The notes below the pieces were generated by a model. It worked only from the letters and a program-made list of their open reading frames with translations, was not told the origin of the DNA and did not search any database. Below are positions 24,041 to 34,664 of a DNA stretch of 64,000 bases, in pieces. The stretch lies in assembly GCA_902620425.1 (NCBI GenBank), contig CACNHX010000002.1, positions 75,127 through 139,126 of the forward strand, in the 5' to 3' direction. Within the stretch, counting starts at the first letter, position 1. Each line of letters opens with the position of its first letter. The position numbers and the translations under genes are program-made. This DNA comes from an uncultured Alphaproteobacteria bacterium (lineage in GTDB: Bacteria > Pseudomonadota > Alphaproteobacteria > HIMB59 > GCA-002718135).

Positions 24041-26200
24041 ATGGCTAAAAAGAAGAAAAAAATTATTAAAAAGAAAACAATAGTACCCAAAAAGAAAACT
24101 ACTGTTAAAAAAAAATTAACTAAGAAAAAATCAGTTTCTAAATCTTCCAAAGTTTCTAAATTAAAAACTATAAAAAAAACAAAAAAAACTATATCAAAAA
24201 AAGTACCCAAGAAGACATCTATTAAACCTTCTACAAAGGATAAACCAAAAAAAATTCCCAAAGTTATTTCAGGCTTCGAAGAAAAAATTAAAGAAATTTT
24301 TTCAAAGTTAATTAATAAGCATAAAATTGATGGAATATATACCAACAAGATAATTGAAAAAGCAATTCCAAAAAAATTTAGGATTGATGAAAATATAAAA
24401 AAATTTCAGGATCTTATTACTTCTAACAACATTAAAATATACTCAGAAGAAGAAGCAAAAGAATTATTATCTATAGCTAAAGAACAGAGTGAAAAATCTG
24501 AGGATGGTACTGATGAGCAAGAAAAAAAACAAACTGGAAAAACTGATGATCCTGTAAGATTATATTTAAGAGATATGGGTGCTGTTGAATTACTTAGTAG
24601 AGAGGGTGAAATAGCAATTGCTAAAAGAATTGAGGCAGGAAGAGAAAAAATGATTGGAGCTATTTGTGAGAGTCCAATGACAATTAGGTCAATAATTAAT
24701 TGGAAAGATGCAATTAAAGACGGAACTATGCTTTTAAGAGATATTGTAGATCTAGAAGCTACCTATGATATGTCAGATATATCAGATTCAAAACTTGAGG
24801 ATACACTTAAATTAATTGAAAGTGGCGGTGATAACAAAGAAGATGAAAATAAAAAGAAAGAAGATGCAAATAATTCTGAAGATAACAATGGAGAAGAGCA
24901 GACGCAAGAAGATGACGAGGATGATAGTTTAAACGTATCTCTTGCAGCAATGGAGGAAAAACTTAAACCAAAAGTATTAAATGATTTTAATGATATAACA
25001 AAACTATTCAAAAAACTCCAAAAACATAGTCAAGAACTAATAAATACAGATAAAAAAAATGAAAAAAATTATATCTCCTTAGAAAAAAAATATTTAAAAA
25101 TTCAAAAGGAAATGGTTGCGGCCATGAAGGCAGTTCATTTTAACTCCACTACTATTGAAGCATTAATGGAAGCATTATACGAATTAAATAAAAAACTTCT
25201 ATTTCGAGAGGGTAAAATGTTGCGTATGGCAACTAGTGCAGGTGTAAAAAGAGAAGATTTTGTAAATCAATATTTAAGTTTTAATTTTGAAAAAAATTGG
25301 ATCCAAACTTTATTAGCAACAAAAGACAAAAATTGGGAAAAGTTTATTAATAGAAATCATATTGAAATAAATAAAAATATTGAAGAAATTAAGGAAATTC
25401 AAACTGCATCAGAATTACCTTTAACTGAATTTAGAAGAATAGTGGGAACTGTGCAACAAGGTGAAAGGTCAGCTAATAGAGCTAAAAAAGAAATGATCGA
25501 ATCAAATCTTAGATTGGTAATTTCTATTGCAAAAAAATATACCAACAGAGGTCTTCAATTTTTAGATCTTATTCAAGAGGGTAATATTGGCTTAATGAAA
25601 GCTGTAGATAAATTTGAATATCGTAGAGGATATAAATTCTCTACTTATGCAACTTGGTGGATAAGACAAGCTATAACCAGATCTATTGCTGATCAAGCAA
25701 GAACAATAAGAATCCCTGTTCATATGATAGAAACAATTAATAAAATAGTTCGAACAACTAGACAGATTATGTCTGAGATTGGGAGGGAGCCTACTCCAAA
25801 CGAACTAGCTGATAGATTACATATGCCATTAGACAAAGTTAAGAAAGTTCTTAAAATAGCTAAAGAACCTATTAGTTTAGAAACGCCAGTAGGAGATGAA
25901 GAAGATAGCTCTCTTGGAGATTTTATCGAAGATAAAAATGCTCTTATACCTATAGATGCTGCGGTAAAAAGTTCTTTACGAGATACTACAACTAGAATAC
26001 TTTCTTCTTTAACACCTAGAGAAGAAAGAGTATTGAGAATGCGATTTGGTATTGGAATGAATAGTGATCATACCCTAGAAGAAGTTGGTCAACAATTTAG
26101 TGTTACAAGAGAGAGAATTAGGCAAATTGAAGCTAAGGCCCTAAGAAAATTAAAACATCCTACCAGAGCAAGAAAGTTAAAAACATTTCTTGACGAATAA
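24041..26200 (+). CDS. rpoD: RNA polymerase primary sigma factor with Lys-rich N-terminal extension
   Basis: [45 protein letters not shown]. Confidence 0.98.
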   Translation: MAKKKKKIIKKKTIVPKKKTTVKKKLTKKKSVSKSSKVSKLKTIKKTKKTISKKVPKKTSIKPSTKDKPKKIPKVISGFEEKIKEIFSKLINKHKIDGIYTNKIIEKAIPKKFRIDENIKKFQDLITSNNIKIYSEEEAKELLSIAKEQSEKSEDGTDEQEKKQTGKTDDPVRLYLRDMGAVELLSREGEIAIAKRIEAGREKMIGAICESPMTIRSIINWKDAIKDGTMLLRDIVDLEATYDMSDISDSKLEDTLKLIESGGDNKEDENKKKEDANNSEDNNGEEQTQEDDEDDSLNVSLAAMEEKLKPKVLNDFNDITKLFKKLQKHSQELINTDKKNEKNYISLEKKYLKIQKEMVAAMKAVHFNSTTIEALMEALYELNKKLLFREGKMLRMATSAGVKREDFVNQYLSFNFEKNWIQTLLATKDKNWEKFINRNHIEINKNIEEIKEIQTASELPLTEFRRIVGTVQQGERSANRAKKEMIESNLRLVISIAKKYTNRGLQFLDLIQEGNIGLMKAVDKFEYRRGYKFSTYATWWIRQAITRSIADQARTIRIPVHMIETINKIVRTTRQIMSEIGREPTPNELADRLHMPLDKVKKVLKIAKEPISLETPVGDEEDSSLGDFIEDKNALIPIDAAVKSSLRDTTTRILSSLTPREERVLRMRFGIGMNSDHTLEEVGQQFSVTRERIRQIEAKALRKLKHPTRARKLKTFLDE

Positions 26201-27027
26201 TGAAGCTAACGCTTCTTGGGACAGGATGTCCATCTATTGATCACAAAAGATGCGGTTCATCTAATCTTGTATCCTCAAAAAAAACCAAAATATTGGTAGA
26301 TTGTGGCTCAGGCGTAACACAAAGATTACACCAAAGTGGAAATTCTTCTGCTGAGATTGATGCGTTGTTACTTACACATCTTCATACAGATCATGTTATA
26401 GATTTATATCAACTAATTATTTCCTCTTGGCATTCAGATAGAGATTCAATTTGGAATATATATGGACCAAAAGGTACAAAAAAATTTATAGATAAAATTT
26501 TTTTAGCTTGGAGAGAAGAGCGTGAACTAAGAATTAATTATGAAAAGAGAAAATCTATAAAAGGTCTCAAATATAAAGTTTATGAGTTCAATAATGAAGG
26601 TAATATAAAAATTAATGATATAAAAATTAAATATTTTGAAGTAGATCATAAACCCGTTCCTTTTGCCTATGGCTTTTCTTTTTTTAATAATAAAAAAAAA
26701 TTAACAATTAGTGGTGACACAAAACCATGTGAGAGCTTAATGGTTAATGCTCAAAATGCAGATGTTCTTTTGCATGAAGTTTTTATTGAATATGAAATGA
26801 ATAAGACTTCAAAACTTAGAACTAAAAAAACTTTACATAATGTTAAGGAATATCATACTCCAAGTAATTTAGTTGGTAAGGTTGCAAAATTATCTAATTG
26901 TAAAAAACTTGTGTTAACGCATTTTGTTCCAACAAGATTCAATATTTCAAAACTTAAAAAAATAGTTAAAAAAGATTTTGGAAAGGATCCAATAATTGGA
27001 GAAGATTTATTAACTATTAAAATTTAA
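26200..27027 (+). CDS. MBL-fold metallo-hydrolase (RNase Z/AtsA-like)
   Basis: LLGTG.P, VDCG.G, THLHTDH (HxHxDH), SGDT, YHT, LTHF. Confidence 0.82.
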   Translation: MKLTLLGTGCPSIDHKRCGSSNLVSSKKTKILVDCGSGVTQRLHQSGNSSAEIDALLLTHLHTDHVIDLYQLIISSWHSDRDSIWNIYGPKGTKKFIDKIFLAWREERELRINYEKRKSIKGLKYKVYEFNNEGNIKINDIKIKYFEVDHKPVPFAYGFSFFNNKKKLTISGDTKPCESLMVNAQNADVLLHEVFIEYEMNKTSKLRTKKTLHNVKEYHTPSNLVGKVAKLSNCKKLVLTHFVPTRFNISKLKKIVKKDFGKDPIIGEDLLTIKI

Positions 27028-27851
27028 TTGATTTTATTCAATAATTTTTCAAATTCATCATCTTTAATTTCAACAATATTTGAGGATGTTGGAAATTTTT
27101 TAGTTTTAACGTCATCTATAAAGTTTTTCAAACCTTCTACAGTGTCATCTATAAGTTTTTCATAAGACTTATTCGTATCCTTAAATACTTTTGCATGTCG
27201 TGGTACTCGACCAGTATTAGTTCCAATTACATCTTGTATAAATAAAAACTCAACATCACAATTTGGACCACTTCCCATTGATAAAGTTAAAAGATTTACT
27301 TTTTTTGTAATTAATTCTGCTACCCGATCAGGAACACATTCTACCTCAAGACCAATAGCTCCCGCATTGTCATATGCAATAGCATCTTGATAAACTCTAA
27401 ATGCTGAGTCAGCATCTTTTCCTACGGCTTTAAAACCTCCGGTCCAAGTACTCTTATAGGGAATTAAACCAATATGACTTACAGATGGTAAACCTTCTTT
27501 ACGAAGAGCTTCAATATATTTTGGACTATTTCCACAATAAACTGCATCTGCTCCATTGTCTCTTGCAATTAATGCAGCATCAATTGCCTTATCAATAGAT
27601 GAAAGTTGACCAAGGCCAAATATCATAAAAGTATTAGGAGCAGCTTCTCTAATATCTTTTATATGAGCATCTCTGAACCATTTATTTGTTGGTACACCGG
27701 TTCTTAATGTTTCTTTTTTAAAAGATACAATTTGGATATCTATGCCAGCTTTTTCTGCAGCATAAGCTTCTAAAGAATTCGTTACATATAGCTCAGTTAA
27801 TTTTACTTTTCCTTTTTTCTCAAATAAATCTTTAACAGTTAATTTAGTCAT
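27024..27851 (-). CDS. Divergent ketopantoate hydroxymethyltransferase (PanB)-like protein
   Basis: HIGL.P, GGFKAVGK, EVECVP, GSG..D..F.F..DV.G resemble PanB, but the GDS, DLPF and KIEG motifs are absent. Confidence 0.7.
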   Translation of the reverse strand: MTKLTVKDLFEKKGKVKLTELYVTNSLEAYAAEKAGIDIQIVSFKKETLRTGVPTNKWFRDAHIKDIREAAPNTFMIFGLGQLSSIDKAIDAALIARDNGADAVYCGNSPKYIEALRKEGLPSVSHIGLIPYKSTWTGGFKAVGKDADSAFRVYQDAIAYDNAGAIGLEVECVPDRVAELITKKVNLLTLSMGSGPNCDVEFLFIQDVIGTNTGRVPRHAKVFKDTNKSYEKLIDDTVEGLKNFIDDVKTKKFPTSSNIVEIKDDEFEKLLNKIN

Positions 27852-29215
27852 TAATTATATTGAGGTAAATAATCACCATGTGCTTCAATCATTTTATCGG
27901 TCATGTTATAAATTTCATCAATTGTCAGATTAGCTCCTGTTAAAGGATCTAGCATTGCAGCATGGTATATATGCTCTCTTTTTTTTGTTAGAGCAGCTTC
28001 TGCAGTTAGTATTTGCACATTAATATTAGTGCGCATTAAAGCAGCTAATTGCTCTGGTAATTTACCAAATTTTTGAGGTTTATAACCTTTTGAATTAATT
28101 ATTACAGGAACCTCTACACAGCAATTTTCTGGTAAATTATCAATTAAATTGTCATTCATAACATTAGCATTGATAGTAACTTCTTTATTATTTGCAATTC
28201 CATCCATTATAAATGATGCATACTCATTACTTCTTTTAAGAGGCATATCATAAATTGGAGTCATATCTTTTTCCAAATCTTTCCAAAGTTTAATGTTGCT
28301 TTTGCATCTATCGATATACTCTTCTATTGGTATCTTGTATTTTTTTATGACGTCATCTCTATTTTGTTTTATGAACCATGGAACATATTCAGCAAAATGC
28401 TCACTAGATTCTGTTACAAAATAACCAAATCTTCTAAGAATTTCATATCGTACTTTTTCATGAAGTACTTTATTAGATTCGTGATCAGTTTTTTTACTTC
28501 TTGAGGATATTTCTTCATCATTTACAATTTTATCAGCTAGTTTTTTTAATCTTGGATATAAATCTTCGTTTTCATTTTCATTAATTTTCTTTTCAAATTT
28601 TTTATAGAAGGCCATATGGTTTATACCGCCACAAAGATAATCAATATTATTAATATCTTCATCTAAATCTTTTGCCAACATTTCTGCGGTTCCTTGAACG
28701 GAGTGACATAGACCCATAGCTTTTATTTCTGGGAAAGCAGTATTTATTGCAATCATGTTTGAACACATTGGATTTACGTATTGCAACCAAGTAGCATTAG
28801 AACAAATATCCATAATATCTTTTGCGATATCTAGTAAAACAGGAATAGTTCGTAGACCTCTCATTATTCCACCTATGCCGAGAGTATCTGCTATAGTTTG
28901 TCTTAACCCAAACTCATTTGGAATTTTAAAATCAATAACTGTGGATGGCTCATATCCCCCTACTTGAATTGTTGTTTGAACAAAGTCTGCACCAACTAAA
29001 GATTCTCGTCTGTCAGTATGGGAAGTAACTTTAGGTGAAACATTTAATTTTTTTGAAATTACATCTATTAAATCATGTGATGCTTTTAATCTTACAGGAT
29101 CAATATCTTGTAATGCAATCTCCATATTTTTAAATTGCTGAATAGCTAAAAGATCGGTTACTATTCTTCTTGTAAAAACAGCACTACCTGCGCCAATTAT
29201 AGTGAGTTTAATCAT
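27851..29215 (-). CDS. melA: GH4 NAD+-dependent alpha-galactosidase (MelA-like)
   Basis: IGAGS, QTIADTLGIGG, YVNPM, GLCHSV, GINHM, FGYFVTESSEHFAEYVPWF. Confidence 0.88.
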   Translation of the reverse strand: MIKLTIIGAGSAVFTRRIVTDLLAIQQFKNMEIALQDIDPVRLKASHDLIDVISKKLNVSPKVTSHTDRRESLVGADFVQTTIQVGGYEPSTVIDFKIPNEFGLRQTIADTLGIGGIMRGLRTIPVLLDIAKDIMDICSNATWLQYVNPMCSNMIAINTAFPEIKAMGLCHSVQGTAEMLAKDLDEDINNIDYLCGGINHMAFYKKFEKKINENENEDLYPRLKKLADKIVNDEEISSRSKKTDHESNKVLHEKVRYEILRRFGYFVTESSEHFAEYVPWFIKQNRDDVIKKYKIPIEEYIDRCKSNIKLWKDLEKDMTPIYDMPLKRSNEYASFIMDGIANNKEVTINANVMNDNLIDNLPENCCVEVPVIINSKGYKPQKFGKLPEQLAALMRTNINVQILTAEAALTKKREHIYHAAMLDPLTGANLTIDEIYNMTDKMIEAHGDYLPQYN

Positions 29216-29948
29216 TTTGATACTCCATGATTGAATTATGAGGTGCCACTTTTAAAGGAGTATACCTTGCGTGTCCAATTTCTTTATATGGATTATTTGT
29301 TTTAGTATTAAAGCATACTATTAAAGTTCTTCTTGAGTAGTTTGAATTATTTGCCTCTGATGAATGTAAAAGATTTGCATGAAAAAAAAGAGCATCTCCT
29401 GGATCGGCTTCAACATAAATACATTCATGTCTTTTTTCTAATTCACGTATTCTATCTAAATCTGCAGTTTGTTCAGGAGTATCAGATACACCATGACCTA
29501 TTCTTCCAACTTTTTGAGATCCTTTTAAAACTTTAAGACAGCCATTTTCTTTTGTAGCCTTATCTAACATTATAAAACAAGATCCCATATCTGGATATAG
29601 ACATGCATTATGATACCAATAACCATAATCCTGATGCCAATCAAAACCACCATCACCTGGCTTCTTCCAAATTACTTTTGAATGATAGTGGTAAACTTCA
29701 TCTTCCAGGAATTCTTCCATTGGTTTTACAATTCTTTCGTTAGTAGAAAATTTCCCAAATAAATCATTTGAGGGTTCATTCCATAATGTAATATTTAATT
29801 TACCCGTAGAACTAAACGTTTCTCTAGCTTGATTTTCTTTCTCAGAATTTCTTTCAATAAATTCAATTAATTTAAATATCTCATCTTCTGAAAAGAGTTT
29901 TCTTTTAAGAATGTATCCATTATTTCTGAAATCTGTGTAATCTGACAT
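29208..29948 (-). CDS. PhyH-family Fe(II)/2OG dioxygenase (L-proline 4-hydroxylase-like)
   Basis: WHQDYGYWY (H105, D107), ENGCL, LLHSS (H195), RR; overlaps melA start. Confidence 0.8.
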   Translation of the reverse strand: MSDYTDFRNNGYILKRKLFSEDEIFKLIEFIERNSEKENQARETFSSTGKLNITLWNEPSNDLFGKFSTNERIVKPMEEFLEDEVYHYHSKVIWKKPGDGGFDWHQDYGYWYHNACLYPDMGSCFIMLDKATKENGCLKVLKGSQKVGRIGHGVSDTPEQTADLDRIRELEKRHECIYVEADPGDALFFHANLLHSSEANNSNYSRRTLIVCFNTKTNNPYKEIGHARYTPLKVAPHNSIMEYQND

Positions 29949-30014
29949 ATTAATTTCATGTTAAAAATAAATAATAATATTGTCAAATAATTTAAGGTGT
30001 TTAAGAATAATCTT

Positions 30015-31478
30015 ATGAAAGTATCATTTCTTGGTGCAGGTAGTGTTGGCTTCACCCAAACCCTTGTTAGAGATATATTAAAAGTTAAAAAACTTCAAAA
30101 TATAGAAATTTCTTTACACGATATATCTAGAAATAATTTGTTAATGGTAGCAGAGTTAATTCAAAAAGATATTAAAGCTAATAATCTTCCAACAAAACTT
30201 AGTATTGATCCAATTAGAAAAGAATCAATAAGAAATGCAAAATATATCATTAGTTGTGTTAGAGTTGGAGGTTTAGAAGCATTTGAAACTGATATATCTA
30301 TTCCTTTAAAATATGGGATCGATCAATGTGTTGGAGATACAATTTGTGCTGGTGGCATAATGTATGGACAACGAAACATTCCAGTTATTTTAGATTTTTG
30401 TAAAGATATAAAAAAATATGCAAAAAAAAATGCTCTTTTCTTAAATTATGCAAATCCTATGGCTATGAATACCTGGGCGGCAAATGAAATTGGTAAAGTT
30501 AATACAATTGGTTTGTGTCACGGTGTTCAAGGTGGAGCAAAATTAATTGAAGATTCATTAAACATTCCATTTGGAAAAATGAAATATTCTTGCAGCGGTA
30601 TAAATCACATGACTTGGTATTTGGATTTAAATTATAAGGGTAAAAAAATTACAAAAGACCAGCTTTCTAAATCGTTAAAGAAACATAAAAAATTTTCAAG
30701 AGATGAAAAAGTTAGAATAGATGTTTTAGATAAATTTGGATATTTTTCTACAGAAAGTAACGGTCATTTAAGTGAATATTTACCATGGTATAGACGTACA
30801 CAAAAAGATGTGAAGAAATGGAGTAGTCTTTCAAACTGGATACATGGCGAAACAGGTGGTTACTTAAGAGTATGTAATGAAAAAAGAAATTGGTTTGTTG
30901 AGGATTATCCAAAATATTTAAAAAATTCTGGAATTAAGCTTAAAGATTACAAAAGATCAACTGAACACGGAAGTTATATAATTGAAGCAATTGAAACTGG
31001 AAAAAAATATAGAGGGCATTTTAATGTTATTAATAAAAAAACAATTTTTAATTTAGATGATGATTGCGTAATTGAGAGTACAGGATACGTAGATTCAAAA
31101 GGTATAAAAATGATTGATGGAATAACCTTACCGCTGCAATGTGCTTCTCTGTGCAGTACCTCAATAGATGTCCAAAGAATGGCTGTAAAGGCAGCAATAA
31201 AAGGAGATATTGAATTATTAAAACTTGCTGTACTGCAAGATCCACTAGTAAGCTCAGTATGTTCATCTGAGGAAGTTTGGCAAATGGTAGATGAAATGCT
31301 TGTTGCACAAGCACAATGGCTGCCACAATATCAATCAAAAATTAATAGTATTAAAAAGAATCTAAAAAAAATAAAAAATTATAAATATAATAAATCAATT
31401 AAAGGGCTGACCAAAAAAACAAAGCGTAATCAACAAAAAAGGTCAATTTTAGTTGAAAAGGAAGCATTTAATTTATAA
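30015..31478 (+). CDS. Second GH4 alpha-glucosidase/alpha-galactosidase
   Basis: Start at MKVSFLGAGS; DQCVGDT, NYANPM, GLCHGV, GINHMTW, STESNGHLSEYLPWY. Confidence 0.87.
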   Translation: MKVSFLGAGSVGFTQTLVRDILKVKKLQNIEISLHDISRNNLLMVAELIQKDIKANNLPTKLSIDPIRKESIRNAKYIISCVRVGGLEAFETDISIPLKYGIDQCVGDTICAGGIMYGQRNIPVILDFCKDIKKYAKKNALFLNYANPMAMNTWAANEIGKVNTIGLCHGVQGGAKLIEDSLNIPFGKMKYSCSGINHMTWYLDLNYKGKKITKDQLSKSLKKHKKFSRDEKVRIDVLDKFGYFSTESNGHLSEYLPWYRRTQKDVKKWSSLSNWIHGETGGYLRVCNEKRNWFVEDYPKYLKNSGIKLKDYKRSTEHGSYIIEAIETGKKYRGHFNVINKKTIFNLDDDCVIESTGYVDSKGIKMIDGITLPLQCASLCSTSIDVQRMAVKAAIKGDIELLKLAVLQDPLVSSVCSSEEVWQMVDEMLVAQAQWLPQYQSKINSIKKNLKKIKNYKYNKSIKGLTKKTKRNQQKRSILVEKEAFNL

Positions 31479-31559
31479 ATTACTTTATCTAATCTTAAAT
31501 AGTTCTTCTCAATAATCCAATTTTATTATAGGTTTTTTAAAATTTTAAGTGGAGGACAG

Positions 31560-33611
31560 ATGAAAAAAAATAAATTTAGATCCACATTACTTGCTAGCGT
31601 AGCATCAGCTACTTTTGCATTAACCAGTACAAATGCGTCTGCTAGACCGGAAGGTGCAATAGCACTTCCATCAGCACCTGCAATTGAAAATATGCAAGAA
31701 GTTCAGTTCATTGGAAGAGATGAATTGATGAGCTATCAAGATATTGGAGACTTTGAATTTCTTTATGAACCAGAATACATTAGTGCTCTAGTTCAAGAAG
31801 GTAAACTACCACCGATTTGGGAACGATTACCAAAAAGACCTTTAGTTTTTAATGGAGATGCAATGCCTGATGGTATTGGTCGTTATGGAGGAACTTTTAG
31901 ACATACAATTGGTGGAAGACCTGAAGGATGGAACTGGACTGCTTCACAACATCAAGGATGGGGTGGAATTAATTACACAGTTCAAGAATGCCTAACAAGA
32001 AACGGTCCAATGGTAAGATTAAAAGCTGAAGACTCTTATCCTTTACCAAACTTAGCTACTGATTGGGAATGGGATGGAAATAAACTTACTATGAATCTTA
32101 TTGAAGGAGCAAAGTGGTCAGATGGAGATCCATTTGATGCAGAAGATGTTCGTTTTTGGTGGGAAGATAACGTTTTAGATGAGAACGTTCCAACAAGAAT
32201 GAATGCAACCACAATGGGAGAAGGGACTTCTTTGGAAGTACTTAGTCCAACCCAGATTAGATGGACATTCCCACAAGAAGAACCTAAATTAGTTCTTCAC
32301 TCCATGGCATATATAAATGGATGCCCTGGACCATCACATTTACTTAAAGAACATCACCCTAAATATGGTGGTACGTCTTATGATGATTATGTTCAAGCAT
32401 TTCCTGCTGGACGTTTACCATGGGTTAGCATGGGTGCATGGACTGCTGTTGAATATAAACAAGACGAGGTAGTAATACTTCGCAGAAATCCATACTATTG
32501 GAAAGTTGATAGTAAAGGACAACAACTTCCGTATATGAACGAGATGGTGTTCCAGTTAAAAACTTGGGGCCAAAGAACAGTTGATACCTTAGCTGGTAAC
32601 GCTGACTTCTCGAATATGGAGAACGTACCTTTATACTTAGAAGCTGTTAAAGAGTCTAAGAGTGATGATGCACAAGCTCAACTATCTTTTAGTGGAAGAA
32701 CCATGGGATATCAACTCGCCATGAACCAAGCAATTGGGTTAGGTGTATTGGATGATCAAATGGCAGCTATTCGAGATCTAAATAGAAATTTAGAATTCAG
32801 AAAAGCTGTTAAGCATGCAATTGATGGTAAAGCATTTGCAAAAGCAATGTCCAAAGGACCATTTGTGACAGTTTATGCAGGCGGTCTTGCTAGAGATAGT
32901 GCTTTCTTTGATGCAGATGCTACTTCATTTTTCCCTTATAATCCAGCAGGTGCAAATTCTATACTTGATGGATTAGGTCTTATAGATACTGATGGTAACG
33001 GAATTCGAAACCTTCCAAATGGAGGTGGAGATCTAGTTATTAATTTAGTTCAAAATAAAGGCAGTGATAATGAAATGTTGATTGGCGATGGAATGGCAAC
33101 TATGATGGCTGAAGTTGGTATTAAAATTAATATTAAACCAATGGAAGATACTGAGCCAACAAGACAAGCAGGTGAATGGGATTGGTTACTTGTAAGATCT
33201 CAACAAGAAATGGCCTTCCCTAATTCGGGTTATTGGTCAGATATGGGTCCTGTAACTACGTCTTCATTTGATCCTCACTTAGGAACTGATGAACACCCTC
33301 AACAACTTCAACCATTTGAGAAAGAAATCGTAAGTATTCTTGAAGAGTGGAGAGATGGTGTTGAAGGTGCAGAGGCTCAAGCATTAATGTCTCGCTATCA
33401 GAAACTATTTACAGAAAATGTTTATATGCCTGGTATAGTTCAATATCCAACAGCACTTTTGATAAACAAAAGAATTCAAAACTTAGCTGATGGAATGCCT
33501 GTTTTGGCTTATCAATGGGCTGAAGATACAGTTATCCGTGAACAATTCTGGGTTTATCAATATGATCAATTAGATGAACTTTTCCCTGGAAGAGTTCCTG
33601 GTATTGATTAA
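31560..33611 (+). CDS. Family 5 ABC substrate-binding protein, AgpA-like (probable alpha-galactoside binding)
   Basis: Signal peptide; GKLPP..ERLP, YGGT, WSDG.PF.A.DV, RNPYYWKVD.KG.QLPY; GGAGG SD; adjacent to GH4 genes. Confidence 0.8.
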   Translation: MKKNKFRSTLLASVASATFALTSTNASARPEGAIALPSAPAIENMQEVQFIGRDELMSYQDIGDFEFLYEPEYISALVQEGKLPPIWERLPKRPLVFNGDAMPDGIGRYGGTFRHTIGGRPEGWNWTASQHQGWGGINYTVQECLTRNGPMVRLKAEDSYPLPNLATDWEWDGNKLTMNLIEGAKWSDGDPFDAEDVRFWWEDNVLDENVPTRMNATTMGEGTSLEVLSPTQIRWTFPQEEPKLVLHSMAYINGCPGPSHLLKEHHPKYGGTSYDDYVQAFPAGRLPWVSMGAWTAVEYKQDEVVILRRNPYYWKVDSKGQQLPYMNEMVFQLKTWGQRTVDTLAGNADFSNMENVPLYLEAVKESKSDDAQAQLSFSGRTMGYQLAMNQAIGLGVLDDQMAAIRDLNRNLEFRKAVKHAIDGKAFAKAMSKGPFVTVYAGGLARDSAFFDADATSFFPYNPAGANSILDGLGLIDTDGNGIRNLPNGGGDLVINLVQNKGSDNEMLIGDGMATMMAEVGIKINIKPMEDTEPTRQAGEWDWLLVRSQQEMAFPNSGYWSDMGPVTTSSFDPHLGTDEHPQQLQPFEKEIVSILEEWRDGVEGAEAQALMSRYQKLFTENVYMPGIVQYPTALLINKRIQNLADGMPVLAYQWAEDTVIREQFWVYQYDQLDELFPGRVPGID

Positions 33612-33621
33612 TAAATTTTTT

Positions 33622-33652
33622 AGTAAGGGGCTATTTAAGCCCCTTACTTTTT
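33622..33652 (+). terminator. GC-rich hairpin plus T-tract after SBP gene
   Basis: AGTAAGGGGCT-ATTTA-AGCCCCTTACT-TTTT. Confidence 0.8.
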
Positions 33653-33660
33653 AAAAAAAA

Positions 33661-34659
33661 ATGCTTTCATTTATATTCAGAAGAATTCTTTATTCAATTC
33701 CATTACTGTTCGTAATCAGTATTATAATTTTTTTTATTATTGAATTACCGCCTGGTGACTATGCAACATGGTATGTTAGTCAAACTAAAGCTTTAGCAAA
33801 TATCACACAAGAACAAGCTTTAGAACTAACAATAATGTTGAGAGAAAAATACGGCCTTAATGAACCATTAGTAATAAGATATTTCAATTGGATTAAAAAT
33901 ATTGTTTTAAATTTCGATTTTGGTTTTTCCATGCATTACAACAAACCTGTCAGTGAAATGTTAGGTGATAGATTACCTCGAACTCTAGTAATAGCATTAA
34001 TTTGTCATTTTTTTGCTACAACTATAGGTGTTTTTATAGGAATTTATGCTGCAAAAAATCAAAATAAGTTAGGTGATAATGTAGCTACTATCTTCGCTTT
34101 TTTAGGAATGACCATTCCACGTTTCTTTCTAGCATTACTAATAATGTATTGGTTAGCAATTGTTCTAAATTCAGACAACACTGGATCAATGTATTCTCCA
34201 TACTACGCTGTTCAACCAATGTCTTTTGCAAAACTATGGAATGGCATACTTCATATTTGGCCAATATTTGTCATCGCTATAATCGGAGGTCTTGCCTACA
34301 ATATGAGAGTTATGCGCGGAAATTTATTAGATGTAATGCGTATGCAATATATTGAAACAGCAAGAGCAAAAGGTTTGTCTGAAAATCAAACATTGTACCG
34401 TCATGCAGTACCAAATGCTTTGCATCCCCTTGTAATGTTTCAGGGTATTGCTTTACCATATATGCTAATGGGAGAACTAGAAGCTGCGATCGTTTTATCT
34501 ATTCCAACTGCAGGACCACTTTTAGTAGAATCTATTCAAAGACAAGACACTTATACTACTGCAGCAATTTTATTTTGCTTAACAGTAATATTAATTATAG
34601 GAAATATAATTGCTGATATTTTGCTAGCAATTTTAGATCCTCGAGTAAGACAGAATTAA
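33661..34659 (+). CDS. ABC permease (OppB/DppB type)
   Basis: LPPGD, YIETARAKGL EAA loop, AD.LLA.LDPRVR. Confidence 0.9.
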   Translation: MLSFIFRRILYSIPLLFVISIIIFFIIELPPGDYATWYVSQTKALANITQEQALELTIMLREKYGLNEPLVIRYFNWIKNIVLNFDFGFSMHYNKPVSEMLGDRLPRTLVIALICHFFATTIGVFIGIYAAKNQNKLGDNVATIFAFLGMTIPRFFLALLIMYWLAIVLNSDNTGSMYSPYYAVQPMSFAKLWNGILHIWPIFVIAIIGGLAYNMRVMRGNLLDVMRMQYIETARAKGLSENQTLYRHAVPNALHPLVMFQGIALPYMLMGELEAAIVLSIPTAGPLLVESIQRQDTYTTAAILFCLTVILIIGNIIADILLAILDPRVRQN

Positions 34660-34664
34660 ATATT

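Noticed and set aside
24028-24348. 106-aa hydrophobic ORF antisense to the rpoD 5' end
   Set aside because: Shadow of the AAA-rich Lys tract (reads as Phe/Leu on the other strand); no independent signals
27024-27851. Naming this gene panB
   Set aside because: Key metal and substrate ligands are missing, so the symbol was withheld
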